This document shows, in pieces, positions 62,904 to 64,000 of a stretch of 64,000 nucleotides of DNA. Position 1 is the first letter of the stretch, and every line of letters begins with the position of its first letter. This stretch comes from Eledone cirrhosa. Taxonomy: Eukaryota. Position numbers and translations under genes: made by a program. The DNA lies in NCBI GenBank assembly GCA_964016885.1, contig OZ024743.1:295492001-295556000 (forward strand), read 5' to 3'. The notes below the pieces were generated by a model. It saw nothing but the letters and a program-made list of their open reading frames with translations. It searched no databases and had not been told where the DNA came from.

Positions 62904-63449
62904 CGCGTGTGCGTGTGTGTATGTGTGTGTGTGTGCATGTGTGTGTTTGTGTGTGTATGTGTGTATATGTGTGTGTATCTCTGCATGTGTATTTATATAT
63001 TCTAGCACAGTACCTGACAAATATGAGGGTGTTTCATGTAAACACGATTTGATTTTATGATTACAATATTTTCTATGTATCCTTGATTTTCTTTGCCCAT
63101 CCCTCACTTCCCTGATAGAAAAATAGATAAACAAAAATATATATTTCTGCGCGCGCTTGTGTGTGTGTGCATGTGTGTGTATGTATGTTTCTGTGTGTGT
63201 ATGTTTGTGTGTGTATAGATATATAGAATGGGGGTTTATTGTCCTGAGATAGATAACAAATGATAACACCAATGGACCACTGACCTGCTTCTTTATAATG
63301 TGAAAGAGAGAAAGCTAGGTAGGAATGAATGTATTAAATGAATAACCATTTCAAGGTTAACAGTAGTAGCAAAATGTGGTAGTCATTATTTGAGACTTGT
63401 GTTTTTGTCTATATATATAACCACACAGCCCAGTCTCTCCCAATTCATA

Positions 63450-63487
<38 letters not shown>

Positions 63488-63488
<1 letters not shown>

Positions 63489-64000
63489 CGGCGATGAATT
63501 AGTTTTGCGAGGTTTTTTATATGAAATCGTGTGTCGAAACAAATATTGTTATACTTGGGGAGAGTCTAATATTGCCAGAATTAATAACAGAACACACTCA
63601 CTGTTTGGTTGGTTTTCGCTTTTCGCTTCAGTGTCTTTTATATCGGTAATCTAATTTATTCGGTCCTCAATGTTGCCATTGACTGACCGACGGTCAAAAA
63701 TAATACAGATACAATATAGACACAAACACATATATATAGTTTATCAAAGTTCTTTCGTTGCACATCTGCAACATCGTCAGTGGTGCTATTGTTTCCTCCC
63801 GTTACATTGTATGTCTACGCCATTTTTATTTAGTCTGTCTATATATTTATTTATTTGTTTGTTTGTTTATTTTATTTTGTCATTTTTGCGCATGCGTTTG
63901 CGTGTGTGTATAGTGTTTTGTTTGATGTGTGTTCGTGATTGGGTGACTGTGTATTGGTTAATGTATTCTATCTTTACTAGTGTGTGTTTATAAGTGTTTG
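63488..64000 (-). mobile_element. PLE pLTR + tail with HHR (63743-63784), running off the window
   Basis: The minus-strand HHR reads ACCA-CTGACGA-tGTTGCA-gatg-TGCAAC-GAAA-GAAC-TT-TGAT. The element is homologous to 52100-52458. Confidence 0.78.

Overview
This is a non-genic, very AT-rich eukaryotic window. Its SINE repertoire and (TA)n/(CA)n/(TACA)n/(GATA)n load suggest an octopus-like mollusc (inference). I found no host gene, and nearly all long ORFs in the track are translated microsatellite. The real content is retroelements. There are two 5'-truncated Penelope-like elements (PLEs) with Naiad-type GIY-YIG endonuclease ends, plus about 15 further non-coding PLE pseudo-LTR (pLTR) insertions, all in (TA)n tracts. 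About 10 distinct type I hammerhead ribozyme (HHR) motifs fold by eye, including U3-A8 core variants and one with an 85-nt helix II. The central feature is a near-perfect 310-bp HHR-bearing repeat (retrozyme-like): about 10 tandem copies on the minus strand fused to about 3 inverted copies (41290-45350). Most of these insertions share one geometry: (TA)n, an inverted arm starting at a family-specific internal TA-rich site, a forward arm with an extra 3' tail of about 35-145 bp, then (TA)n. This suggests site-fixed twin priming in (TA)n targets. Also present are (GATA)n-flanked Tx1-clade LINE fragments, a bipartite RTE-derived element in (TACA)n, RTE and R4/Dong-like fragments, two Helitron-like elements, a Tc1/mariner MITE and tRNA-SINEs.
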